The position numbers and the translations under genes are program-made. Positions 1 through 11,344 of a DNA stretch of 64,000 nucleotides are shown here, piece by piece (the stretch's first letter is position 1; every line of letters starts with the position of its first letter). The stretch is from Fimbriosthenelais zetlandica. Lineage: Eukaryota. The notes below the pieces were generated by a model. It was not told the DNA's origin. It was given only the letters and a program-made list of their open reading frames with translations, and did no database searches. The stretch is taken from contig OZ365118.1 of NCBI GenBank assembly GCA_977030845.1, forward strand, positions 2,976,001 through 3,040,000, written 5' to 3'.

Positions 1-432
1 CATTCTTTACTTTCAAGATCGTTAATCTGGGATTGTTTTCCCTCCATGTCTCAACATTGTTTTTGCCATGGCAGATATAGTTGACACTCCCTTAAAAACC
101 ATAACTGCTTTTTAAAAAGGCAATTTCACTCACTCGTTACTAGTGTCAATTGTCCTCCGGGGGTATTTGTGTATACATGCCTAAAAGCTCTTGCAATTTA
201 AGAGTTTTTGTGAGGAACAAATGGAGACCAAGTTTCTCTGGTCGAGTTCCAAAAACAGTGATTTATGACATGGTTTGTGACGGGTCTTCTACTCCACTAA
301 TTCTCATGTTTTAAAGTCTCCTGTTTCAGGAACTTGTCATGGTGGTATTCCAGCCCTGGCAGACATAGATACCCTGCACCATGCACACAAAGAAACACAC
401 TTCTACATGTGTCACTTTCCTCAAATTTCCTC

Positions 433-624
433 TTTTGTTTAATTTCCCTGCCAGAAATATTGGCTCCCTTACAATTTTCCCCTAATATTCTGCAATGGAG
501 GTTCAGAACTTGAAGTTGTGTCACTTCCTGAAATTTTTTGTTTAATTTCCCTGCCAGAAATATTTGCTCCCTTACAATTTTCCCCTAATATTCTACAAGG
601 GAGGTTGAGAACCTGAAGTTGTGT
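433..624. repeat. Diverged tandem duplication, period ~103 bp, 2 copies
   Basis: TTTTGTTTAATTTCCCTGCCAGAAATATT...GAAGTTGTGT at 433-521 and 536-624 with a few substitutions. Confidence 0.9.
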
Positions 625-2723
625 ATCTATTTTGCAATAGGAAACATGAAAACAAAGGATTCGGAAGAGAAATGTCCTTTCTACACAGTGCTGGTGAAAT
701 GAAGGGTTTTAGATTTCGTGGAGATCCATGTCTTGAGGGAGATTCGGTGACTGGGGGTGGCTGGATTGGGGATATGTTTTCTACTAGTAGAGGTCGATGG
801 TTGGCTGTAGAATGTCTATACCTGAGCTGGATCCTGCCCCAGCATTACAATGTAACCCGAGAAGACTGCAAAGCTTCCCTATACCCACGGCCATTCACTT
901 GTATTTCTGAAAAGAAATTTCTCAAAGAAGCTATGGGTATCTTGGCAAGCTTTATTTTCGCTTCATCCTAAAAATTGTTCCAAGGGTACAGTGCCGACCA
1001 CCTACTTGAAAATTATGGATTAAAATAAAAAAAATAACCACCAATTTAATGGAGGGCAAAGGTCCTAAGTGTTATTTCACACAAGATAACTTTTGGGCCG
1101 AGTCAAATGTCTAGGTTAAATTAATGAGGCATAGTTATGATAATTGGTAATTTTTCATCGCTTCAAGCTAAATTTCTCACTCTGGCCAGGCGCCGTCGCG
1201 CGATCTGTGGGGAGAGCTCGCGCCTCGCGCCCTCCTGGCTAACTTGGTTCCCTGAGGGCACTGTAGGAGGCGCCCGTGTACAGTCTACCCTGACAAATGA
1301 GACACGACTCTTTAAAACTCATTTAATGTCGATTTCATAGCATCAGGGGTGAGAGTGACAGGCGGGCATTCTGGCTGTAAATCTTAACGGTGCTTAACTT
1401 TACGACTGATGGTGATTATTAGGCCGCGCCCATCTTAATGTGCACCTATACCATCTGAATCTATGTGGATTTAAACGCGTCAAGGTCTCGCCTCGCCTGG
1501 GGACGTGTTTCCTCAGGTGCAAGGAAAGCGAGAACCGAGTGTCTCCTTGTCTCAACAAGACCATGATTTATTCGCTTCCAGATGAACAACTGGAGCTATA
1601 AACCTAAAACGGCTTGTCATTTGTAAATCAACTTTACAATAACCTGAAAGTACTGTATATAGAAGGGATAGCTTGGTATTAGGCTTAAATATAATGGTGA
1701 GAAAGATGGAGGAATCTGGCCTCAGTTTCTCTCTGTATTCAGCTATAGTCTACACAAACATTCTATAAGTTGGAGAAGTCGCCATGGGTGGATTCATAAT
1801 CTTCACCTTACACAGATATTACACGAGGGGTGGAGGGGAATTGTGTGACAACCAATACAAAAGACCATCCTCCTCATAGAACATCCACTAAAAATGTCTC
1901 CTCACAATCTGCAGGCAAACAAGATGATGTATTCTTATTATTAAGACATGGCATTATCCTGAATGATAATAGAGGCTGGGTTGAGGCTCACCTGGGTTTA
2001 AATAGAGCCGCAATACCTTACTCTAAAGCTGTCACCTCCGTGTTTTATTAAGGTTATGAATATTATTTTTTGAAAGAAATTTGACTTTGTACAAAGTTTC
2101 TGATGGTTGCATTGATAAAACACCCCCCACGGGGACTTTAGTTGACCCCTATCTCCCAACCATCGCCCGACTCAAGCTGTTGACTATTCACATCAGATTT
2201 TTGTGGAATTATGGAATTTACCTCAGCAAACATGCAATTTGTGTCTACACTTTACACAAAAGCCCCGAGCTTACCCCTTAAAAGAGTCGTAACTGCGGGG
2301 TAATTTCCACAAAATGTTGTGTCGCAACTGTCACATGTTGGCTTATAAATATGACCAGTAAAAGCGCTAATTATCCGATAAAATCAGGATTGATATACTG
2401 GAGATCGACTGTAGATTGACACCCCGATAGTACGACCAGCCTATACGAGCATCGTCTATAATTTGTCAACCCCCAGTGTCATGAGTATAGGGGTCCTCCA
2501 AGCGGAAAGAAAAATCCCTTTAGTATCTACTCCAAATTCAATTTCATTGACATCCAGTGAAATACATTAGATTTAAAAAATCACCAGGTATTTTGGATGG
2601 GTTCGGATCAAAGGCCTCGCGGCATGGGACTTTTGATCATAGACCTTAGTGAGATCCTTGAGTAGATTGACTACCATCCCCCTTCCTGGCCATGAACTGT
2701 GCATTAAAGCAAGGAGTTCATAA

Positions 2724-2870
2724 TATATATAGAGACCGGCGCCCTGTCTAGTTGACTCACGGCCTCCGGTCGAGTGGAAGCGGTCAGGTGTGGCTGGCGA
2801 GGAGTCGGTGTCAACTCCCAGGCCAATGAAACTAGATATGCTTCACGGTTATTGTAGAAAGCAATTGCAG
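2724..2870 (+). promoter_or_regulatory. Candidate distal core promoter and first (UTR) exon ~2750-2870
   Basis: TATATATAG (2724-2732), Inr-like CTAGTT (2748-2753) about 26 nt downstream, CpG-rich body, donor TTGCAG|GTGAGA at 2870/2871. Confidence 0.45.
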
Positions 2871-5800
2871 GTGAGAGTGTGAGGTGACACGGCACAGCTG
2901 AGGGTCGTAGCTAGTCATTTAGTGGTGAAATCAACCATGAGGCACCCTCCTTATACCCCACAATAGATGATACTTACTGCCCTAACCTTACACCCTCCAA
3001 TACCACTAGAGAATCCTAGCAAAACTGATCAGTGTTAGACATTAAGCTTTATGACCCCCATCATGAGACCACCCCGATCCCCTAATCTACTATATTTGAA
3101 TATTAGGGCCATCATAAAGGGCCTTATAATGGGATCTAGCGGCCTGCCCCGTGCCAATGGGCGGTGTCTATTGTGGTTAAAATCACCTATTGTTTTGTAA
3201 ATGAGCGAGTAATATGGAATGTATAATGGTTTATTATAGGCCGGATGAGGGCAGTAGGTGGGTAGAAATGTGCTCCTAGAGTCAGTTTCATTAAGAATCC
3301 ATTACTACCTTAACTTGTTACAGAAGAAACTAATGATTGCATCATTGCTGCCCATTAAAGGTCTTAGCAATGGCTATTCACGTCCCAAAAACTTTTGGGT
3401 TTCAAATCTTAGGAAAGCCTTGGACTTTTCCCCCCTAAAATAGTCTTACAAACTTTTTTTGAGGCATTAGAAACCCTAAGTACATGCCATAGCCAAAGTG
3501 ACTGCTCATTGTACAAGTTGAAAGGTTTCAAGTTTTAAATGAATTTTTTAATCCAGAGATGGCAATTTGAGCTACCTTATGGAGCGTCTTATCAATGGAT
3601 CACATTACGCGGTGTGTTTGTTGACCGGGGGATATATTGATTTTCACTGACAGATCCCCACACTGTCCATGTCATGTATCTCACCCCCTGAACCACACCA
3701 CTGGGGCATCTGGCACATAAATCCACATGAATTATATCCCAGTCTCCAGAAAACCCATTCACTCACGATAAATGAAATAGATAAACACCACTATAAAGCT
3801 ACTGTGACCATACCCTGGGCTTTATACTACAAATTCCGTTGCCATGGCCACCACTTTGTGCCCGGCTTCCACTTTTGGAATTATCTTTAAGGGAATAACA
3901 TTGAACTGGGTGGCTTTTGATAAGCACAATAAATAGGCTGCTTCAGAATGAGGGGCGGGTTTAAACGCCCTGGGGCAGGCCCCTCCCCTTGGTGCGATTA
4001 TTTCTCAGATAGACGTTCCTGCTAGGGTGAGGGCTAATAGAAACCCATCTAAAATGACTAGCCACAGATCCCTAATGTGCCTGGCTAATGAAAAAGCGTT
4101 CATTTGCATAAAAACAGGTCTGGGGAGATAGCGGAGGGGTCATCAACCAAGGGGCACAGGTAGTTAACATAAAAGGGCCACAGATGCTACTTAGTCTTGT
4201 TACTGCCCATCCCATTCTAAAGCCCCAGGTGATGGACAATTGCCCTCCACTCCTTTCTCAACTAAATATTTCTTGACATGCCTTTGAAAGCTGTGATCAA
4301 GTCCAGCGTTTCCGCCCTGGCATTGACCATGAATCTCCTTCAATGGACTTGTATATTTTATCTGAAAAAAATGCTTCCTTGAGAATTGGGAAATGCCATT
4401 AACTTTCATATAAAGACAAGATCTGGCAAGTCAATATTAGTATCCTCAAAACAATAGTCTTGGACATTCTAGGGTGGTGCTTGAATGTTAGTTAATGCCC
4501 CTGAGGTTAGGTTAATATAGCTTGAAGGTGAACAAGACTTTGTCCCTGTTCACACTTACATCCGCTATAGACTATATACCTGTCCCCACCCCATCTAACC
4601 CACCCATGATTCCATATTACGTCACCTGACACGGACTTAATGATAGACGCTGAAGGCTTATTACAGGTACACAACTGACCATAGGTCATCTACCCACCTA
4701 CATACATCGATTTATTGACCATTCCTCCCTCCCTCTCATCCCCCCCCCCGCTCAGCGTGGTATAAAGAATGAACAATATACTTGTTTGCTTTAAACATAC
4801 TAAATGACACAGCCAGCGTGTCATAGGGAGTGGTTAATAAGCTTCCCCATATGTAACCCATCGCAAGCGATCAACCGATTTGCTTAATATCCAGTTAAAC
4901 TATTTAATTTCAGGACAACGCTGGCAGCGAGTTTCCAATTATTGTAAATTACAAATTGTTAAGTTTACAAAACCAGGTTAACCACTGTAATTTTATTGCT
5001 GACCCCAGGGTGTCTTATGCAATAAAATAGTAGAATCATGCTTTTCCAATCCAATCTATATATCCTATGGTGCAGTTTAAAAAATACTTTGCTGCAGACG
5101 ATATCCATGTGAAAGCATTAAAATATAGATTGGATGCAATAGAAAAAGTACAGGCATTCATAATTGTATTGAAAATAGGTGTTAGTGAAAATACTCATGG
5201 AATTATTGAGAATTATATATAAGATTGAACCATGACAAGCTGCTTTTATGGATTATGAATTATGAATAGATCCTATACAATAAAGTATGAAGCCTATCCT
5301 CCTTGTCTCTCAAGCCTACCTACATTTCCACCTGATTTAACATTACCCACACTTGGAGGGTGTTTGACCCTCGGACTGGGCTCTCATGAACAAGGTCTAA
5401 ATCCTCCCACCGTTTACTCAGGTGGACCTCTCCCACCCCCCCCCCCCCCTCATCCCAAACTCCCCATCTATTTATGAATTTCCCCATTTTGCCAGGGATT
5501 AAGGTCTAAGCTGTAAAATGATTTTATATTTGCCTACAGATCTAAACATGGCCTTTCCCGTGTGAAACTTATCAATGGTGAGGAGTTTACTGGTGATGAA
5601 AAGCCAGACAAAATCGATGCGGCAAGGCGTAAAATCTTGCCTATATGAAGATCTATGCATACAAATGTTAGCGCTATGTCTCATACTGGGCGATTCTATA
5701 AATGGGACATCTCCGTCTAACTTTTGGATGAAACCAAACCCCCTGAGTATTGCACTTATAAAAGCCACTATTTCCCTCATAATGGATTCGTGTAAGAATT

Positions 5801-7221
5801 TCCTTCTGTCTCATGGAAATTTGTTGAATTATCAATAAGATGGGGCGTATGGTGATAAATAATTCTCACTTTTCTTAAAGCTGTCATGAATGTACTGTAT
5901 ATAAGGGAAGGAGTGGTGAAAATACCAGGACTGCCTCATTTAAGCTTTTAATGATACAAAGAATACACTCAATTCCAGGCATATCTTGGTTACAATACAA
6001 GAAATATTTTTGCCATCTTGTGTACTTCGTTCAGTAAAAATGATTCTGGGTGAGATCATAACCGATTCAGCTCCGATCCATGCATCCCCCGGTCTGTGGA
6101 GGTCAGCTATAATCCCCGGGATCTATTCAGTATGGATAATCCCCCCTCCCCTCCCCTCACCCCCCCCCCCCCCCCCCACACCTTACATCATGTTTCTATG
6201 TAAGCGGAAGCATTTGCCTACAATACCGCCTTTTGATTGCCTCCTAGTACCACTTTGAAGTGGGATCACTTACAACCTCCATCCTCCCCCCTCCTGCTCC
6301 ACGGCCCCTTTGAATCATTCATATTTCACAGAGTTATGATATATAGTCATACCTATGTTATTACACGGCCATACCCCTCCTCCATACATAATACATCTGT
6401 CATTCTATATCATTCATACACCCCTACAATTACCAGTTTTCAAGTCATATGAAATATTCCCCATATTCTACCAGCTGTTTCACAAGAATTGACATTAAAT
6501 AATATTTTGGGTTTGTAACAGTGACTCAGCAGTCTGTTACGGTGTTTGATTTTGAAGGAAACAATTATTTCTGGCGCCGGTTAGCCCCCATGATCTGTTT
6601 GTATTAAGCCCTCCAGGCCTAGACCTGCAGTGCCTCTAGTGGCGGAGTTAGAACTAAAGGAGATTGTGACAGGTGGGGAGTCAACATAGAGATAATGGTG
6701 GAGGGGTGTGGGACAAATACCTGCCACAGTCACAGGATACTCCGACATTATTTACATGTTACACATGAGTGTTTGAGAGTAGATATTAGGCCTGGGTCCC
6801 TGTATCAAGTACCGGACACTCCCCCCCCCCCTGCTCCAACCAGCTTTAGGGCTTTGTTTTGGGGTGTTTATAACGGGGTTTCACACAGGTGGTGCAGAGT
6901 TGGGGATGGGTTAAAGTTTGGATCAGCTGATAGAAATTTTTACCTGTAAGTTACCTGTATCCGGCTTGGTCAGCCAGCTTGGATCAATTAGAGAGGCCCT
7001 TATAAAAGCCCTGTTTGCTAATTAGTACCAGAGATAATCCCGACTTTAATTAGCCCCTATATTCTACATCAAATATTTGAAATTTCCACTCAAAATTCCA
7101 CCCCCAATCCAATTCAGATTAGACCTTGATGATTTCACTTAATGGATTTCCTTGCTTATATTTTGACAAAACGATGCAATTTCATATTGAATATTCGACT
7201 AAATTTGTTGAATTTTCTCAG

Positions 7222-7342
7222 GTGCCGGATGTTGAGGTTAACCGGGAAGTAGAAAGCATCTTTGAAGACAACTGAAAAGAACTTGGACCCTGTTGATAGA
7301 CAAGTTTACCGCGGAACACGGAGATCGAAATACAAGTCTCAG
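7222..7342 (+). other. Candidate internal 5' UTR exon (121 nt)
   Basis: Acceptor TTGAATTTTCTCAG| (7221) and donor CTCAG|GTGGGC (7343). Stops in all three frames. Confidence 0.45.
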
Positions 7343-8990
7343 GTGGGCATCTCTTCCTTTTTCATTCCATTAATTCACTTAAATATATATAATGGGTAAA
7401 AAACGCGAGTCCTATGTCCGGAAAACACATTTTAATCATCTTGAAAGGCAGTATATATGCTGGGAGTTTTCTTACTATAGCAGATCTAGCTAATGTTTCT
7501 CTGTACACTTGGATTGTCCTATAGTAGGAGAGATCTCTAGCTTATGTTACTGAGATTTGGTTGAGGCCATGTCTTACCCAATACCTACATGTCGAAGATT
7601 GATGGATCGTCCACTAATTCAATTGCCTCTGGTGTGAGCCTCCTCTGTGAACCGACCACATCTGCCATATGTCTGGCTTTCCATAAAATATTCACTCTCA
7701 ATGACTGCTCCCACCCAGGCCACTAATGTTATTAATGAAGAATGGTCCCGAGTAATTTGTGGCCTGCTAATATTTCTAATTGCTTGTGACTTTCTGAATA
7801 GCACTGGGAAAGTTAACAGAAGGTCAGGTTTGATTGCCTTTGCGTTTAGTATGTATTGGGAGGAGGTGGGGATGGGGGGAGTTGATGCTTAAGGGGGTTG
7901 GAGGGTATGACAATGGAGCGACAGTTAGACAAATCTGACGACAAAAGGCCCGCACGGACATCTGAGAGCAGGCAATGAAATCAGCCAGTTGTGCTGATGA
8001 TCTGGAGGCATTCAAAAAGCCATCCCTTGCCAGGTGGTCTTTCTAATACAGTTTACTTTTATACAGCCAGGTGGAAAACTGCCCCTAGGGGCTGATTTAA
8101 TTAGTGAACTTACACTCCACAGAGGGCTCTAAAGTATTCATGGAGAGTACATCGGGTACATCCATATATATCTCACGGTACTTGTTGTAGACCGGTGAGT
8201 CTGTAAGCCTCCAGTAAGCCTATAGGCTATATCAACAGTAAGGTTTAAGCACTATAATCCGTGTACATGTTAGACGCCCATAGCCGGCAAGCTTAGCTCT
8301 AATTAGCTAAACCCTTCCCCTGCTTATCAACCCTTTTTAGACATTTATTCTGACCCAGATCTAAGAAAATAATCTTTGAATGCAAAAACCCAGGATCAAG
8401 GGGAAGGATATGGATCTATACCCAAGACTAAAATAGATGCTAGATGGAGACGAGTATTATTCTCAAGGGGACTAGAGTTTTCACGGCATTTCTAGCTTCA
8501 AAAAGTTTGTCTTAAATGTACGCTTGGATGAAGTTATATACAGTGAGAAAGAGGGAATAAAGCATTCCCGTAGATCCTTATGCTATTGTAAACCACTCCT
8601 TGGGCCGGGTTTTTAACCCTACTCATTTTCTCCCCAGGCAGCTTTCGGGTCAGTTTCAAGTAGTTTTTCTCAAGTCCCTTGATATCAAGCCATTCGCACC
8701 TGTGTCAAAAGCAAAGTGAAAGTCCGCACCAAACTTTATTCAGCGCATAGGCATCTTAACTGTGAGAACCGTGAAGATGCGCGAAAAACAAGCCCAACTT
8801 AAACAACCCCACCTGTTTGATCTCACCTAAATTAAAAGTTTGTCCTCAGACTTGGTTTGATCATTTGTTTGAGGTCTGAGTTTGTGGTCAACAAAACCCA
8901 TTGAGAGCTTAATTTAGAATTGTGTGTGGGTGTGAATTGGGAAGGCTGTGGGAACTGTTAATTTCATTATTCATACTCACACTGTGTATA

Positions 8991-9439
8991 TATATAAACC
9001 CCCTTGACCAGTCCAGTCGTATCATACACACCTATCCTTACACTGCGCTAAACTGCCCCCAGCTGCAGGTCTTGTAGTAACAAGTGTAGTGGGAGTTCAC
9101 CTATTGGCTGGTCACTGGTCCAGTGTTAGCCACTCACTGACTCTGTCATTCAGTCTCGTGCCGGCAGTCCGGCAGTATCTCGGTGTCCGCCCGCCTCTAT
9201 ATTACCATATGAATACATCACTTGTCTAGTGTTATGGATTATATCAATCTATGATTCACTGCTGGTCATTCATTCCATGCTCGGACACCAACAGCGCCGG
9301 ACGCTGCAGCCAACTGATAACATTGTACAAGAATAATTGTGGCTCATTCCAAACTCAAACCACCGGACAAAATAAGCATACATTTATTATTACGGCTAAC
9401 CTCTTGGAGTACTAGTAGGAAACTGTGATAAAATCAACG
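8991..9439 (+). promoter_or_regulatory. Candidate proximal alternative promoter and first (UTR) exon ending at 9439
   Basis: TATATAAA (8991-8998), Inr-like TCATT/TCAGTC (9146-9155), CpG-enriched 9160-9310, donor CAACG|GTAGGT at 9439/9440. Confidence 0.35.
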
Positions 9440-9574
9440 GTAGGTCAATGTCAATATTTACTCCCAGGGATTTTTTGATTTTTGACTCTGGAAAATTTTA
9501 AGTGATAAGAAAGTGGATGTTGTGTGTTTTTTGTTGGTGTTGAGAATGAATGGAGTGGTTGAAGGGAATAGGAT

Positions 9575-9642
9575 GGGTGAATGGGGACTACCTGGCTGGG
9601 TGAATGGGGACTACCTGGCTGGGTGAATGGGGAATACCTGGC
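9575..9642. repeat. 23-bp tandem repeat x3
   Basis: GGGTGAATGGGGACTACCTGGCT repeated. Confidence 0.9.
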
Positions 9643-11120
9643 CGCTCTCTCCCCACCTCCAGGCTATCTCCCCACCTGGCTGAATCTTCTATATAGATAT
9701 ACATGGAGTGGTGGAGCTACTGTGAGGGGGAGATATGATTACCCTGACTCTGTGTGGACCCAGCTCTCTCTCACCCCAGGCATTAACTCTATACTTTACT
9801 GACACCAGGATAAGGTACACCTTTGTTACCTGGATATTACTGCCCCCCTCCTTACGGCACCTGTCCTTCTAAACCCCTCCAGGCAATTTATCCTCCAATT
9901 CTTCCCATTATCAGGGCGTAGATATGGCATGGGTGTCACTATTTATCCATTTTCACTCTCAAAACCTTTCTTATTCCCCCTCTACCTTTGTCAATATCAA
10001 CATAGAGGCATGAATCTTGTAGGTAGAATCAGCTATTATCAATTTAAATGAATGAATAGAAGAGTTGCTTTGGTAAGAAATTGCTCTGAAGGCAAGCTTG
10101 GATTTTCCGTTAGAAAAAATAACATTGTGATTTATTGAAAAATCAATAGGTGAATACAATTGACCGAACGCCTCTGAAATGGCGGTGTGTAGTATATTTT
10201 GTAGGCATAACACGCACAAAAGCGATTGATATGCTTCCTGCAGATAGGAAATAGGCTGAGTGTCCAACGGGATTTTATAGCAGATAAAGCAGGCAGAGTT
10301 GGCAGAAATGCTGAATCATAATATTTGTAGGCTTGAAAGTGGCAGATTTCTCTCTGCATGGGGAATAATTTCTTTCATTCTACAATTATTGTCCATACAC
10401 TTTATATATTATTTGGATTCAATGAGAAGTCACCAACACTTTTGTGGAAACAAAAATATTCATTTATATATGAAAAATTGTTAATAAATGTTTTGCAATA
10501 CCCTTGAAAGCAATCACTAAAGACGATATGATACTTTTATGTATTCGTAATAAGATTATCCGACCTTGAGCTTATTGTATAGAAAAAAGAAATTTGGGTT
10601 TGGTGGATATATGCGGTAAACGATTGTTGCCCTGCCATGCATTCTACTATGAAGCCAGAGGCGACTATTATTAGGTAGATCAGGTTTATATATGTAGAGG
10701 CCCAGTATCATGCTTCCGCTTATCATATAGATATATTTCCGATGATATATTCGCCAACAATAAAACGATCTAATGGCACATGATCATTTTATGGATACGC
10801 AGTATGGCTGGGAGTCGCCGGCCATCTGAGGCCTTCCTCTTCTTACACTCAATAGCCCACCCGATGCTGACCAAACTATCTGACATATTTTTGCCAAATT
10901 TTAATCTTGAAATGTATCCCAGATCTGATAAAATCCCATATATCTTATATATGAAAAGTGGTGAATTTAATTTAGAAGTTTATACTCCACTAAATGTCTG
11001 TATTTTTCTACGTTCGTCTCATATCAGTACGAGCTTGAAAGCAGAGAGGTATGAGATTCTTGCCTGAGCTTTGATTAGAAATGGATCCTTCTCACACATG
11101 TCTTTTCTTTCTCATTACAG

Positions 11121-11344
11121 CTCTCAATGATCACTGCACCCCGCACCGCCGGAAGTTCTATGATCGTGCGCCTGCGCTGTGAGCACACTAAAACCACCAG
11201 GTGACACACCATGTGACAAGGCTCGCGAGTTACTCAACGAGCATATATACCCGTGCCTGGTGAAGTGAACTGACCTGAGGATTATATAATCCTGGTGAAG
11301 AGAATCCGAGGTTGCTTGATGCCAACTGGATTACCTGAAGGAAA
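11121..11344 (+). other. 5' UTR portion of the large exon
   Basis: Strong acceptor TCTTTTCTTTCTCATTACAG| at 11101-11120, 224 nt upstream of the ATG. Confidence 0.7.
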
